Origin: Lama guanicoe
Taxonomy: Eukaryota
Assembly: GCA_013239625.1 (NCBI GenBank)
Contig: MU053559.1
Coordinates: forward strand, 2,462,324 to 2,526,323
Reading direction: 5' to 3'
Length of the DNA stretch: 64,000 nt
The notes under the pieces are model-generated. The model was not told the origin of the DNA and made no database searches. It was given only the letters and a program-made list of their open reading frames with translations. Shown here in pieces: positions 25,854 through 38,937 of this stretch (position 1 is the stretch's first letter; each line of letters opens with the position of its first letter). The translations under genes and the position numbers were made by a program.

Positions 25854-26830
25854 AAAAACTAAATGGGAATCAAGAAGTGAAAATTATAATATGAGAAATA
25901 AAAACTCACTGGATGGACTGAATAATACAGTGGAAATGACAGAAGACAGAATCAGTGGACTTGAGGACAGATCAACAGAATTTATTCAAATATTTTCAAA
26001 TCTGACAAAGGACTTATGTCTAGAATAAATAAAGAACTCTCAAAATTCAACAGTAAAGAAGCAATCAAATTAGAAAATGGACAAAAGACATAAACAGGCA
26101 TTTCACCAAAGAAGATGTCTAGTTAGAAAATAAATACATGAAAGCGATCAAATCTCATTAGCCATTAGAGAAACGCAAATTCAAACTACAATGAGATATT
26201 GCTACACACCTATCAGAAGAGCTAAAATAAAAAATATTGGTAGCCCCAAAATGCTGACAAGGATGTGGAGAAACTGGATCTCTCATACATTGCTGGTAGG
26301 AATGTAAAATTGTACGGCCATCCTAGAAAATGGTTTGGCGGTCTCTTAAATAAACTAAACATGAAATTACCATATGAACCAGTAATTGCACTCGTAACAT
26401 GAAAACTTCAGTTCACACAGAAACCTTACACAAATGTAATAGTCCAAAACTGGAAAGTAGCCCAAATGTCCTCCAGCAGTTAAATGGTTAAACAAATGGT
26501 TACATACTGTATTATTCTAGTTACATAATATTTTGAAAAGATAAAATTTGAGAAATGGAGAACAAATAAGTGGTTGCCAGGAGTCAGGTGAAGGGAGGTA
26601 GGGCAGTGGATGTAGCCAAAAAAAAAAACAGCAGGTGGCCCTCTGTGGTGATGACAATGTTCAGTTCTTGGACTGTTTCAATGTCCGTACCTTGGCTTTG
26701 CTATTGTACTACAGTTTTGCAAGATGCTACCATTAGGAGAAATTGGATAAAAGGTACACAAGTTCTCTCTGTATTATTTCTTACAACTGCATGTAATTCT
26801 ATAACTATCTCAATACAAAAAGTTTAAATA
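25854..26830 (+). mobile_element. Old L1 (L1MC-like): ORF1 remnant joined directly to ORF2 3' end and 3' UTR
   Basis: NSLDGLNNTVEMTEDRISGLEDRS (ORF1 coiled coil) to ~25990, then TCTGACAAAGGAC (late ORF2); L1MC-like terminus TTTGCAAGATGCTACCATT...TTCTTACAACTGCATGT. Confidence 0.82.
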
Positions 26831-28745
26831 AAAGGAGATGCAAGATGGTGACCATTGCACATGCAAATGGAATGAACTGCAGGAACATTTCTCCAAGGCA
26901 AAGAGCAAATCCTGAGACATAGTATGAAAAGTGTTTTGCTTGTACAGTACACAGTAAACTGCAAGAGAGGAGGAAACAAAATTGACCAATCATAGGAAGG
27001 TTTGCTCACAGAGAGTTGACCTGCATCACTGTGGGCACATGGTGGCCTTGATGGTAGTTAAAGCCAGAGTTCGGTTTGGGAACTTGGAGACTCACATGAG
27101 GAAACATTTACCTTCTGCCTTAGGTGGTTCCATAGAGTCAGGGCTTGCTCCAGTCTGCACCTTATCAAAGGGACTGGTGAGCATAGTGTGAGTGTGGGCG
27201 TATGGATGCTGGAGCCCTCCATACGTCTCCCAAGAAACCCACCAAGAATGAAGTTACCAACCTCAGTGGGTGTTCCGTATCAATGGAACATGGGGAAAAG
27301 CTGCCTGAGAGAATACATTCCAGAAGGTTAAAAAAAAAAAAGTGACCAAATTTATAGGTTGGAAAGACCACATCACAATCTCATTGGTGGAAATGCTTCC
27401 GGGAACTTCAAACATAAACCTATGTGGTTTACTCACTTTAGACCAACACACAATTGACCGCAGGGACAGTCTTCCAAGTCCTTGCTCACTCAGAAGGAGA
27501 GCAGTTTCTCTACTTCATAGATTTAAAGCCATGATTCCCCTGCAAGATTTGCTTCTAAATTGAAACAAACCACAAACTGTCAGTCTTTACAATCCTCAAA
27601 TTCTCCAACTTCAGTTTAGCACTCAAGGGAGTCAGTTGGCTGTGGAGAGAGAAAGCGAGAGGCTTTCAGGGGGAGAAAAAGGCCCCAGATGACAACAGAG
27701 CTTTCCAGAATGAGAAACCATGGTTGGAACATGGTTTGGGCTCGATCCAGGCCTCTAGTGATGTGGGGCTGCAGAAACAGAACCCTGAATTCCTGACATA
27801 GTTAACTACCTTTGCTCTCAAACCACTAGTGAGTGCTCTCCAACTCTGCGGGATACTCATCCTAGACATCACTGGAAAAGGAGAAATCTACAAACATTTT
27901 GCTGGGCTGGAAAGAAAGCTTTGGGGCAATGGAAGATTTGGCCCCAGGAAGAAAAAAAAAAAACGCATTGAGCATTTCTCTGTCATCTCACAGGAACCCC
28001 GAGGGGAATTTTGGAGTCCTGCATGATATTAGGAGATAAAAAGGGGACAAAGACCTTTCTCCACCCTGAATCTGGTGGTGGAGGCCTCCTGAGTGCCAAA
28101 TGACACAAAAGCTCTCTTCTTTGACTTTAAAAATGTGCTCACCAGCTGAGATGGCATTCAATCTGTGCAACTAGGGAACTTGTATTTCTTTTAGAGATAG
28201 TGGAAATGGCTGTGATGTCACTGATAATAACTGTGTAGGGCAATGTTTTCTAAAGACACTTTGAAGAAAAAGTGTACAGTGTCAAATAAGTTTGTGAAAT
28301 GCCGCATCATCTACTTTTTAAAGAGCAAATTAAAGTCTGAGAGAAGCGCATTGTTACGAATCCTGTGTAAAATTGTTCAACTTGGACTTGTCAAGAACTT
28401 ATTTGATCACACAACCCTGACAAGGTGTACATTTCAAAAAGTTAGAAATCATGATTATCACACAAACATAGTGCACGTGTCAAAAGTTTATTTAACACCA
28501 AGATTTATTTAACTTGTTAATGAGGGTGTGTGTTAGTGCTAGCTCAAAGAAGGATCTGAGAGACTAGCACATACAGTCACTGAAAGAAAGCAAGCTGAAA
28601 TAAGGTTGTCATTGGGCAGAAATTATTTGCATTTCTATTGGACAAAAGTCATTGGCAACTTGTACAAGTTAACCTGTAATTTTATAGAATCTTTGCCTTA
28701 ATCAACAGTAAGTAGTAAGTCAAACAATGGTAACTTCCTCTAGAG

Positions 28746-28932
28746 CATTGGTTCTCAAAGTGTCCTCCCCAGACCAGAAACACCAGTATCACCTGAGATC
28801 CTGTCAGAAATGCAATTTATTGATCCCCCACTCAAGACCTACTGAATCAGAAATACTGGGACAGGACTCAGCACTGTGTTTTAACAAGCCCTCTAGGGCA
28901 TTCTGATGCTTATGAAAACTTGAGAACCACTA
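28746..28932. mobile_element. MER5A hAT element
   Basis: CATTGGTTCTCAAAGTGT...CTACTGAATCAGAAA...TTGAGAACCACTA; TCTAGAG on both sides. Confidence 0.85.
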
Positions 28933-29466
28933 ATCTAGAGACTTGATCTTCAGGCAGTATGAGTATATAGCCAACATTCCAGGATGACTTTGCAAAGTTA
29001 TGTACCCATTCCACCCTATTTCTAAGTTTTGGACAAATTTTCTTAGCCTAGTTTTCAGTATCACACTTTGGAAATGTGAATGTACAATGAATAAAAACCA
29101 TCCAGAAGTTTAGGAAAAGGCAGGCATTTGTTATTTCCTATTTCATCCTACTTCAAATAACAGTTCAAGTCACACGTTCTCCTAGAAAGCGTTCTAAGTA
29201 TTTTTAATCCTCTCCAATCTCTCTCCTCCTTGATCTTCTATAGACTCCTAATTTACACAGTTTAACCATTAGTTTAACACAGTGTTAATAGTTTTATGTG
29301 TGTTAATTTTATTCTCACCTTGAAAACTGCATGAAGGCAGAAATTGACTTAAATCCTTTTCTCAATCCAAACTTTGAAGTCACAGAAACATTGATTTTCA
29401 AGATTGGAATGTACTTTGAACCTAAACTTGTCCAGCTGAGTATAATGTTAGAACTCTCTTCTCATC

Positions 29467-30058
29467 TGTGGTAGACAAGTTCTAGGTTGTCCTCCTAAGG
29501 TTCCCCCTACCCCAGTGTGCACATTTTTCACAATTACCCAGTCAGTGAATATGATGGTGTTTAATCACATAATTAGGCACAATTGACCTTAAAAGAAGAT
29601 CATCCAGGTGGACTGACCTAATCACACGAATCTTTTAAAAGTGGTTTCCTCTGACTGGTCACAAAAGAGAAAGTCCAATATTCACCAGAAAGATTAAACA
29701 TGTCATTTTTGACTTGAAGGTGGAGGGAGACAAATAACAAGGAATGTGCGCAACCTCTAGGAGCCAAGAGCAACCCCTGGCTAACAGCCAGCAGGGATAT
29801 AGAGACCTCAGTCCTACAACCACAAGGAACTGAATTCTGACAAGAATGAACTTTGAAGTGGATTTTTTTCCCTAGAACCTCTAGACGAGAATTCAGCCTG
29901 ACCAACCCCTTGATTTCAGTCTTGTGACACACTGAGCCGAGAACCAGTCATGCCGTGTTGGACTTCTGACCTACAGAACTGTGAGCAAATAAATGTATGG
30001 TTGTTTCTAGGCACTAAGTTTATAGTAATATGCTATGCAGTTATGGAAAACTAATATA
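29467..30058 (+). mobile_element. MLT1 (MaLR) solo LTR
   Basis: TGTGGTAGAC start; CACAAGGAACTGAATTCTG; GACTTCTGACCTACAGAACTGTGAG..AATAAA; AACTAATATA end. Confidence 0.88.
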
Positions 30059-30247
30059 TTACTTTCCTAAGAGTTAAGTTGGCTCCTTCTTGAATTCTTG
30101 GGCCAAAAAGGAATATACTCTCCATACCCCAGGGCTATGTGCACCCTTCATTCCTGCAAGATAGCTCATTCCAGTTTTGGACAACTCTGACTTTTAGAGA
30201 GTGCTTGATCATACTGAGCAACGACTCATCAATATTCCCTTTACTCC

Positions 30248-30605
30248 TGTCTTAATCGGTTCAGGCTACTGTAACAATACGGACTGGGTGGCTTATGAAC
30301 AATACATAATTGTTTCTCATAGTTCTGGAAGCTGAGAAGTCCAAGATCAAGGTGCAGGCAGATTCTGTGTCTGATGAGAGCTCGCTTCCTGGTTCATAGC
30401 TGGTACCTTCTTCTGGTGTCCTCACCTTATGGAAGGGCTAAGGGAGCTCTGTGGAGTCTCTTTCGTAAAGGGCACTAATCTCATTCATGAGGGTGCTGCT
30501 TCATGATCTGATCATCTACCAAAGGCCCCATCTCCTAACACCATTACATTGGGGTAGGATTTCAACATACGGATTTGCAGGGAACACAAACTTTCAGTCT
30601 ATAGA
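30248..30605 (-). mobile_element. MLT1A/MST-like MaLR LTR
   Basis: TGTCTTAATCGGTTCAGGCTAC...GAAGTCCAAGATCAAGGTG...GGGCACTAATCTCATTCATGAGGG. Confidence 0.85.
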
Positions 30606-30877
30606 AACCCTTTAGAGCCATACAATGCAAATCTGAGCTTGCTTCCATTTGCCTCCATTCTTCCTTGTGGCTGCTGCTGTCAGACAGTGATTTGAGCCAC
30701 ACAAAGCCTTGGGTAGAGGGCTCCATAGTACGCAAGGCTCACTATCTAGACCCAGAGACCCTATCTAGCTTCTGAGCCTGTGTTCATTCAAATGCACCAC
30801 ACTTTATGTCAGAGGAATTTTTTATCACCACCCTGCCTCCATATGGAGCATCAGGATAAAGCTAGATTGTATTAAGG

Positions 30878-31060
30878 AAGGTGTCAGCAAACTTTTCTGT
30901 ATAGTAAATAATTTTAGGCTTTGAGGGGCATACAGTCTTTGTCACAACTACACTGTCGTTAGAACACGAAAGCAGCCATAGACAATATGCACATAAATAA
31001 GCACATTTGTGTTCCAATAAAACTTTATTTATAAAACAAGCTACATGATGGATTTCTCCT
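30878..31060. mobile_element. MER58A-like hAT element
   Basis: GGTGTCAGCAAACTTTTCTGT...AAAGCAGCCATAGACAATATG...GTTCCAATAAAACTTTATTTATAAAA. Confidence 0.8.
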
Positions 31061-31589
31061 AGAGTAATTAGCTACTCAACTATAGTTTGACTCTAGAGGG
31101 TTTCACACCAGCAACTAAATTTAAGTACCCAGGTTAGAAGTGACATATATCCCTTTAACTCACAACTCATTGGCCAGAATTAAACATGTGGTTCCACTCA
31201 GCTACAGGGAGCAAAAAGGTGTAATCCTACTGTGTTCCCACAGGGAGGAAAGCAGGAAATATTTGATGAATTCTATATATGGCTACCACAGAGAGCATTT
31301 ATTAAAATTACATGTCTGCATACCTGTCTTTTCCACTACAAGGAAACCCCTCAAGGTCAAGAACCTTGTACACAGAGTCAAACAAATGTAGTAGATGTGC
31401 ATAAATATGTCTGATTGATTGATAAGGGAAAAGAGAGAAGCAGAGGGAAAGGAAAAGGAATTACAAGAAGCCAGTGGGTGGGTAGTGATTGTATTGGTAA
31501 CTGGGGAAATAATTATCATTACTGGTAGTGGCAATATTTATGGTGATTATATGGTGATGTTCTTAAAAGAGCAATCGATACTCCTATAT

Positions 31590-32345
31590 TCATCTTCCAG
31601 TCACTCCTCAACTCATTTCAATCTGATCTCTTCCCCCAGTGCCCAGTTCCCTGAAACTATGCTTGCTAAAGTCACTAGTAACCTCCTATTTGCAAAATTT
31701 AATAGGCAAGTTTCTTAATCCTTTCTTTATGGAACTTCTTGGCTAGATGTGAAACCACCAAACAGTACCTTCATGAAATTTTTGACTCCATACACCTCTG
31801 TGACACAACAATTTCATGGTTCTCCTCTGTGTCTCTCCAGCCATCCTTTGAACTTCCCTTGATCTTCCAACTCCTTAAATATAAATGTTATGTTTCTTTG
31901 GAATTTATTCTCCTCCCTCTGCTCCTCTTCTTACTCTGCTACCATCACCTGGATGGTCTCACCTACTCACATAGTTTCCACCACCATCTATAATGCTGTT
32001 GACTCCAATACCCCATATTGCCCGTCCATACTTCCTCCTCAGTTTCAGAATCATGTATCCAACTTTTAGTCTCATACTTTAACCAGGAGTTCCCATGGAT
32101 ATTTCAAACAAAACATGGCAGAAAATATACTCGTGTCATATCTCGGTGGTTGCAATGCCATCTCCACCGGTCATCCTACCTAGAAACCTATGAGGTGTCA
32201 TCTGCTCTTCCTCTATGGTCCCACTTCTCTATCCAGCCTGAATATTTCTTGCTCTTCCTTCCTTTACAGGCTACTCTCTTGGACTACATTCTTAACAACT
32301 TTCATCTAGATAACGAAACAGCTTTCTAGTTTATCTCCCTAATTC
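31590..32345 (+). mobile_element. L2 internal fragment
   Basis: CTGAAACTATGCTTGCTAAAGTCACTAGTAACCTCC and a C/T-rich L2-like body. Confidence 0.65.
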
Positions 32346-32349
32346 CTTT

Positions 32350-33200
32350 GGTTTTATTGTGAAATATTTTGTACAGAAAACTATGGCAATAAATAAAAGT
32401 ATATCCAGGCATCCACCACCCTGCTTTTTCGAATCTTAATTTGTTATCATATGTTTACCTGATTTTTAAAGGCAAATAATAAAAGATCTAGGTGAAGTTC
32501 CCCAATCTCATTTTCTTCCCTTTCTCCCCAGAGATAATCAGTATCATGAATTTAGAATTTGTCATTATCAAGCAAGCTTTAGTTAAATGATCACACTTGT
32601 GTACACCCCTAGAACATAGATAGTATTATTTGGGGGGTTTTAAACTTACATAAATGAGACCAGACCACATGAATCTTTCTAAAATTTGCTATTGCCACTC
32701 AGTATTAGGTATTATAAAATACAATATGAAGACACTTGGAGGACTTCAGTTGGGTTCATATGTTGATATTTTATCCAGCAAACCCAATGAAGCTACTTAT
32801 TTGTTTCAATAATTTATCTGTAGGTTCTATTGAATTTTCTATGTAAACAATCACATAACCCGCAAATAAAGACAGCTTGTCTCTTCGTAATCCAAGTTGG
32901 ATACGCTGTTTTTCTTGACTTTTTGAGTTGGTTAGTACCTTCAGTATAATGTCAGACTGAAGCATTTATTAACGCTTATTGAGATCCTGACTTTATGGGA
33001 GTATGTCAAAAGTGTCACAATGAAATACATGTTTGCCCTAGGTTTTGGATGGATACATTTAGTTGAAATTTATCAAATGCTTTTTCTGCTTAAGTGACAT
33101 GATTATAGGACTTTGTTCTTTATTAGTGTGGTATATCATTTTAATAGATTTTCTAATAATAAATTATCATTTTGTTTCTGGGATAAACTCTACTTGGTTG
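32350..33200 (-). mobile_element. Very old L1 (L1ME-like) fragments
   Basis: Minus ORF 32771-32965 with a decayed RT motif LSLFAGYVIVYIENSIEPTDKLL. Confidence 0.7.
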
Positions 33201-33201
33201 A

Positions 33202-33765
33202 TGTCTTGAAATCGTCCCAGGACTTGTTTTAATCAGGTATGGCAAGGTGATAGATATGAAGACAACTGCCTTTGAAATAAGAATTTATTACTCAGAGTTC
33301 CCAAGAGAAGAGGACATGTCACACCATGCAGGGCCACATGGGGAAGTACCAGGGTTGGGTAGGAGGCAGAATGAGCAAGGAAAATTAAGACCACAAGCCT
33401 TCATTGCGGTTTTGGTGGGAAAGAATGGGCAAGGGAAGTTAAGCACTTTAGGATTGGCTAGTTTGAATAATTTCAGCGGGCTCTGGGCTATGGGGGTGGT
33501 CCCCAATTGTCCTGTACCTGGCCCTGGGGTGATTTAGGGCAAGGAGAATATTGGCTTGGTGTGAGAGAGCTCAATAAAGAAGGTGGTTGGGGGCATGAAC
33601 TATATAGATTGGTTGGTTTGCATATGAAAGACATCCAGGCAGGCAAGTTGTTTAATATCTCTAGGAATTAGCTAGCCCTGGAAGAGGCAGTCCCTTCAGG
33701 ATTAGCAAGGCCCCAGGATGTCAAAGCATGATAAAATACAGAAAGTTAAAAATATGATTACTACA
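33202..33765 (-). mobile_element. ERVL-class solo LTR (MER54/73/74-like) inserted in L1
   Basis: TG...CA ends; GAATTTATTACTCA (AATAAA on the minus strand); GCAGGGCCACATGGGGAAGTACCAGGG. Confidence 0.65.
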
Positions 33766-33880
33766 GGTTTCATTTTTTTATCGTTTTGTTTTTAGTTCTG
33801 TTGGGTTTGATACAGTGACATTCACTTCATGAGATAGGTCTGCAATTTTCTTTTCTTACATTTTCCTTCATAAATTTGGT

Positions 33881-33881
<1 letters not shown>

Positions 33882-33912
<31 letters not shown>

Positions 33913-34029
33913 AGAGATTAAGAGAGAGAGAGAGAGAGAGAGAGATTTCAATAAGCAAAATGTATCCAATTGATGAATCTGGGTAAATGGTATATAGGAA
34001 TTCTTACAATTGCTCTGTCTCTGTCTCTG

Positions 34030-34087
<58 letters not shown>

Positions 34088-34101
34088 TGTGTTTGTGTGT
34101 G
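33882..34101. repeat. Compound microsatellite (GT)n-(GA)n-spacer-(CTGTCT)n-(CT)n-(GT)n
   Basis: Direct reading. Confidence 0.95.
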
Positions 34102-35094
34102 GTTGAAGGCTTTATCTGGGATCATGCAGGGCTGGAGTAGGGGCCCTGCTTGGGGAGCTGCGTCTGCACATCAATCCAATACTGGTCTTCAGATCCATGT
34201 TGGGGAGCTCAGGGTTGAAACTTACTGGTGAGGGGTCCAGTCAGGTACCTCAAAGCAGAGACAACCACTGAAGGGAAGGATGGGTCTGGTTGGCTGATGC
34301 AGGAAGGACAACAATGGGGGCGGATTTGCTGAAGAAAATAAGGTGCTATAGATCTTTAAAGGGCCAATATGAACAAGGATTAGGGGAGGAAAGGGGCCCG
34401 ATAAGGGGGATGGGGGAAGGGAAAGAAAAGAAGGAGAATGGAACAAGAGGAATGATTCTGGGGATGTAGGGAGGTCCAGCTTTTCTCCAGGGCCCCAATG
34501 AAGCTGGGGCACCTCCTATCTTCTGACCTTCAGGGACCTACCTGTTGCCCAAGGCAGCCATCTTTATGTACACAGGGCCTGGGAGAAGGCAGCTGAACTT
34601 TACGTAGGCAGAAATCTTCAGGCCATCTATGTGGTGATGAAGTCTTTCATGTTAGAAATGTATCCAGGCCTTAGGGCTCAAACACACGGTGCAGGTCAAG
34701 AATGTCATAAGGGAGAAAATCCACAGAGGTGATCTCGTCTCCTGCAAACCATGGCCTCTTCTCCAGAAACTGAGAAGAGCTTCATCTCTTCATGGAGCTC
34801 CGCCAAGGACTCAGGCTTCAGTTTCTCAACGTGAGGGCTGTAGCTGACACTGGCCAGCTAAATAGAGGTGTCCATAACCTAGTTCTCAAAAATGTCTACG
34901 TGAATCTTCTCCCCTTCTGTCTTCCCTCATAGGTTGTCCTTGCAAGCAATGTAGCAAAGGGTTGCATTGCTCTGGGTGATCCTGTGAGTATCACCAGTTA
35001 AATAGGGCAGATTGGGAAAGTCCAAGCCCAGCTTCAATTTCTCATTTGGCCACTGGCTTCTGTCATAGGAGCATCTCCCATCAGGTTCTCCTCA

Positions 35095-35218
35095 TAGTTT
35101 AAGTCTTTGTATTCCAGAGTTCAGTAGGCATTCTGTGAGAATTGTTTCACATGGAGATGTACTTCTGATGTATTCATGGGAGAGGGTAAACTACACGTCC
35201 TTCTATTCCATCCCCCAT
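35095..35218 (-). mobile_element. L1 5'-terminal fragment
   Basis: Minus strand reads GATGGAATAGAAGGACGTGTAGTTTACCCTCTCCCATGAATACATCAGAAGTACATC, an L1 5' end motif. Confidence 0.6.
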
Positions 35219-35653
35219 CCTGAAGCCACTCCCAAGTCTTTGCATTCTAACAGCAGATGGTCTAGAAAGCCTACAAATGTCCCAGTAACCCAAGGTCATG
35301 GCCAGGGTTCAGCTTTCTGTGGACTCAAGAGATGGCCTCAGTGGAGCTAGGCTGAAACTTCATTCTTGCAAGTTTTCTTTAAGTTAGAAATTATATCAAA
35401 ATAAAAAGTCATAGGAAAAAAGGAAGGAAGGGAGGGAGAGATCCTTGGGAGTCAAAAATTAAAAGGAAGCCTACTAAGTAAATATACACTAGTGCTTTGG
35501 TTACCCTAAGAGCTTTACTTACATCAGTAAGTAAAATACTTGTATATTAATAACCACTTGGAAAGGCACCAAGGCCTCGGGCCCGTGTGAGGCAAAGAAT
35601 GGAATTAAGAGTCCTCTGAATAAAACACTGAATTTCAAAACTCTTTATTCTTT

Positions 35654-35941
35654 TTTTCACTTGAAGTATAGTCGGTTTACAATGTTGCATCAATTTCTGG
35701 TGTGCAGCATCATGTTTCACTCATACATATACATGCATATATTCGTTTTCATATTCTTTTTCATTATAGGTTACAAGATATTGAATATAGCCCCCTGTGC
35801 TCTACAAAAGAAACTTGTTGTGTATCTATTTTATATATAGTAGTTAGTGTCTTCAAATCCCAAACTCCCAATTTATCCCTTCCCACCCCCTTTCCCCCTG
35901 GTAACCGTAAGTTTGTCTTCTATGTCTGTGAGTCTGTTTCT
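35654..35941 (-). mobile_element. L1 3' UTR insertion
   Basis: Homologous to 16340-16620; 17-bp TSD AAAACTCTTTATTCTTT at 35637-35653 and 35942-35958. Confidence 0.92.
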
Positions 35942-36114
35942 AAAACTCTTTATTCTTTATTCAAAACTCTTTGGAATAGTTGGAAGTATAGACAAGATAT
36001 AAATTCTCTAGCAAAAGGTCAATGTCTGGGTCTGGGATTGGTGTGGGAAAAAATTCTCCCTTGAGAATTTAAAACTGCAGGCTACCCTTATAGGGTTCAA
36101 ATTGACACTGCCTG

Positions 36115-36460
36115 AGTGGCAGACATTGTCGTCTCCAAAATGCAGTTCTCCTTTCTTTCCTGAGCACCTGAAAGACTGTACTTCCCACCTCCCTTACAGG
36201 TGGGTGGGGCCACATGACTAGTTTTTGTTCAGGGTTAGTCATTTCTGAGCTGAGAAAATCAAAAGCGCCTTCACTGTTTTTGAGTGCTTTCTTCCCCTGT
36301 TTTAGAGACCTGGAAGTCAGGACAACATCATAAAATGAAAACAGCCTGGATCCCTCTGAATCACGGATTGGGGAGAGATGCTCTAAAGAGATGCCCCACT
36401 TGAAGCAGAATCTGTATGAACAAGAAACAAACATTTGTTACCTTCAGTGACAGAGATGTT
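36115..36460 (+). mobile_element. Old MLT1 LTR
   Basis: GTGGCAGAC start; GGGCCACATGACTAGTT; AGCCTGGATCCCT; GAACAAGAAACAAACATTTGTT. Confidence 0.6.
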
Positions 36461-36681
36461 ACGATTAAATTCATTTGCTCACTCACTCTCTCCCTACACA
36501 CACACACACACACACACACACTATTTATGAAGGCAAATGTAAAAAACCAGAAATCCTAGACATCTCATGCAGTAAAATCCAGCAGTGTACTGAGGGCAAA
36601 ACAAAACAAAATAAAAACGTCTAGGGTTGATGCAAGAAATGCAACCAAGTAGCGTTTATCAGAAATTAGATGAATGTGATT

Positions 36682-37545
36682 GTGATCTTGTGATTTATAA
36701 CAAGAAATATTTTTTTGGTCTTCAGCCTGGGATCTGGCACAGAGCATCTAAAACCCTTGGAATGTCTTGTGATTAGGGAAATAAAGGTATCTTTTGTTAT
36801 GTTAAGGAAGAGACCTTTGGAAACCACCTCAGGATAGGGCCTGGTCAACAGAGGGACCAAGGAAGTGATGGGAGGGTTGGAAATTTCAGTCCCACAACCC
36901 CGACTCCCAGGGAGGAGAGAGGGCCTGGAGAGTGGATTCAATCACCAATGGTCCACAATTTAATCAATCATGCCTATGTAATCCCATTAACTGTGCAACA
37001 GCATCATATCTTATAGAAAAAAAATAAAAGCGTGTATACCTTAATCTAAAACACCAAAAGGACAGGGTTCAGAGAGCTTCTGGATTGGTGAACGTGTAGA
37101 GGTGTGGGGAGAGTGGGGCACCTGGAGAGGGCATGGAAGCTCCTCACCCTTGCCCCATACCATGCCCTATGCATCTCTTCCATCTGGCTGTTCCTGAGTT
37201 ATATCCTTTCATAACAAACCAGTAATCTAGTAAGTAAACAGGTTTCCAGAGGACTGTGAATTGCTCTAGCAAATTAATCAAATCCAAGGAGGGGATCATG
37301 GGAACCTCTGATTTATAGTCAGTTGGTCAGAAGTACAGGTGATAACCTGGGCTTGTGGTTGGCATCTGAAGTGGTAGGGAGGGGCAGTCTGGGACTGAGC
37401 CCTGAATCTGTGGAATCTGATGCTATCTTCGGATAGATGGTGTCAGAACTGACTTGTATCGCAGGACACCCAGCTGGTGTCTGGATAATTGTGGTGTCTG
37501 GGGAAATTCCACATACTAATACATTGGAAATCTGGGGAATCAGAT
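36682..37545 (+). mobile_element. MER21-like LTR
   Basis: GGCACAGAGCATCTAAAACCCTTGG...TTAATCAATCATGCCTATGTAAT...GGACAGGGTTCAGAGAGCTTC...GCTCTAGCAAATTAATC...GCAGGACACCCAGCTGGTGTC. Confidence 0.85.
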
Positions 37546-37559
37546 CCCATTGAGTGATA

Positions 37560-37720
37560 TACTATAATTATAAATAAGATATTCTCTGGATATATTGTAC
37601 AGCACAGGGAATATGGTCAATATTTTATAATAACTATAAATGGAGTATAACCTCTAAGAATTGTGAATTACACTCATATGTAATATTGTACTTCAACTCT
37701 GACTCAATCTTTTTTAAAAA
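37560..37720 (+). mobile_element. L1 3' UTR fragment
   Basis: GTACAGCACAGGGAATATGGTCAATATTTTATAATAACTATAAATGGAGTATAACC. Confidence 0.75.
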
Positions 37721-37949
37721 GGACTTGCAAATAGGGACTTAAAAAAATAATAGACAAACAAATAAATACATACATATGTAAATTCTCTCTTATCCTGCCG
37801 AACACACTGAGTGATTCAAGAAACTCCTGTAAAATCAGTATAAAATTGGGAAGGTAGTCTCAGTTTGATTACACTCCAAGAGGCTTAGAAAAGAAAATGT
37901 AATATCTCTGTTAAGGGATCCATTGTCAAAATGGGCCACAAAGGATTTC

Positions 37950-38420
37950 CACAAATAATCTCTCCCCTTCCACGAAGCATGAGCTCACAATAAAAATATT
38001 AAAATCAGTACAAGAAAACAGGCCACCATGAATGAGAGTCAGCATAAAAAAATGAAGAATATTATTCTTTTAAACTTTATATAATGGAATTATATATATA
38101 CTGTCAGTATATTAAATTGGCTAAAGAAAGAAAATAAGAAATTAAAAATCATGGAGGGGAATACTATTATCAACAAAACAAACAGAAAGATTTGAAAACC
38201 AGTGAAATGAAATTTTCAGAAATAAAAAATATATAGCTTTGGAAATGACCAACTCAGTGGATATGGTAAACAACGCACTATACGTAGCCAAAGAGAGTAA
38301 TGCTGAACTTGAAAAAGAATGGAATGAAAAAATTACCTAAATGGAGTAGAATTGAAAAGGAAATAAAAGATATAAAAGCACAATTAAGAGACCCAGAGAC
38401 TAGAATAAGAATGTTCCAGA
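37950..38420 (+). mobile_element. Old L1/HAL1 ORF1-like remnant
   Basis: A-rich coiled-coil-like sequence AACTCAGTGGATATGGTAAACAAC...GCCAAAGAGAGTAATGCTGAACTTGAA. Confidence 0.5.
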
Positions 38421-38937
38421 ACCCAGCTGCAAGAGAGCCTGCGGAACATAGATTTTAATATTCCAGCCACTGCAACACAGGACAGGACATGAGATCAGTG
38501 TTTTTTCTTACTGCAGGTTATAATCCATTAGTGGGTTGTAAAATTCATTTAAAGAGTCATGATTTGTATTTTTTAATGAACTGGGATGAGATGGAATAGA
38601 CTGGAAAATATCACAGTGCACATTCAGGGTTGCTATTGCTTCATGCAAATTTTGTTTCACTTATATAAATGGAGAGACTGTAATATGGATGTGTAATGGG
38701 ATAGCGCTTACAATGCATTTATTACTGATGGTTCCAATCCAGAGAAATTTTAAATGCATGATGTTAGCACAGTGGTTCGCAAAGCTTAGCCTTTATCAGA
38801 ATCCCCTGCAGGGCTTACTAAAGCGCAGATTGCTGGGCTCCACCCAAGTTTCTGATTCAGATCTCGTGTGAGGCCTGAGAAATTACATTTCTAACAAGTT
38901 GCCAGGTGATGTTGATGTTACTGATCCAAGGAACTTA

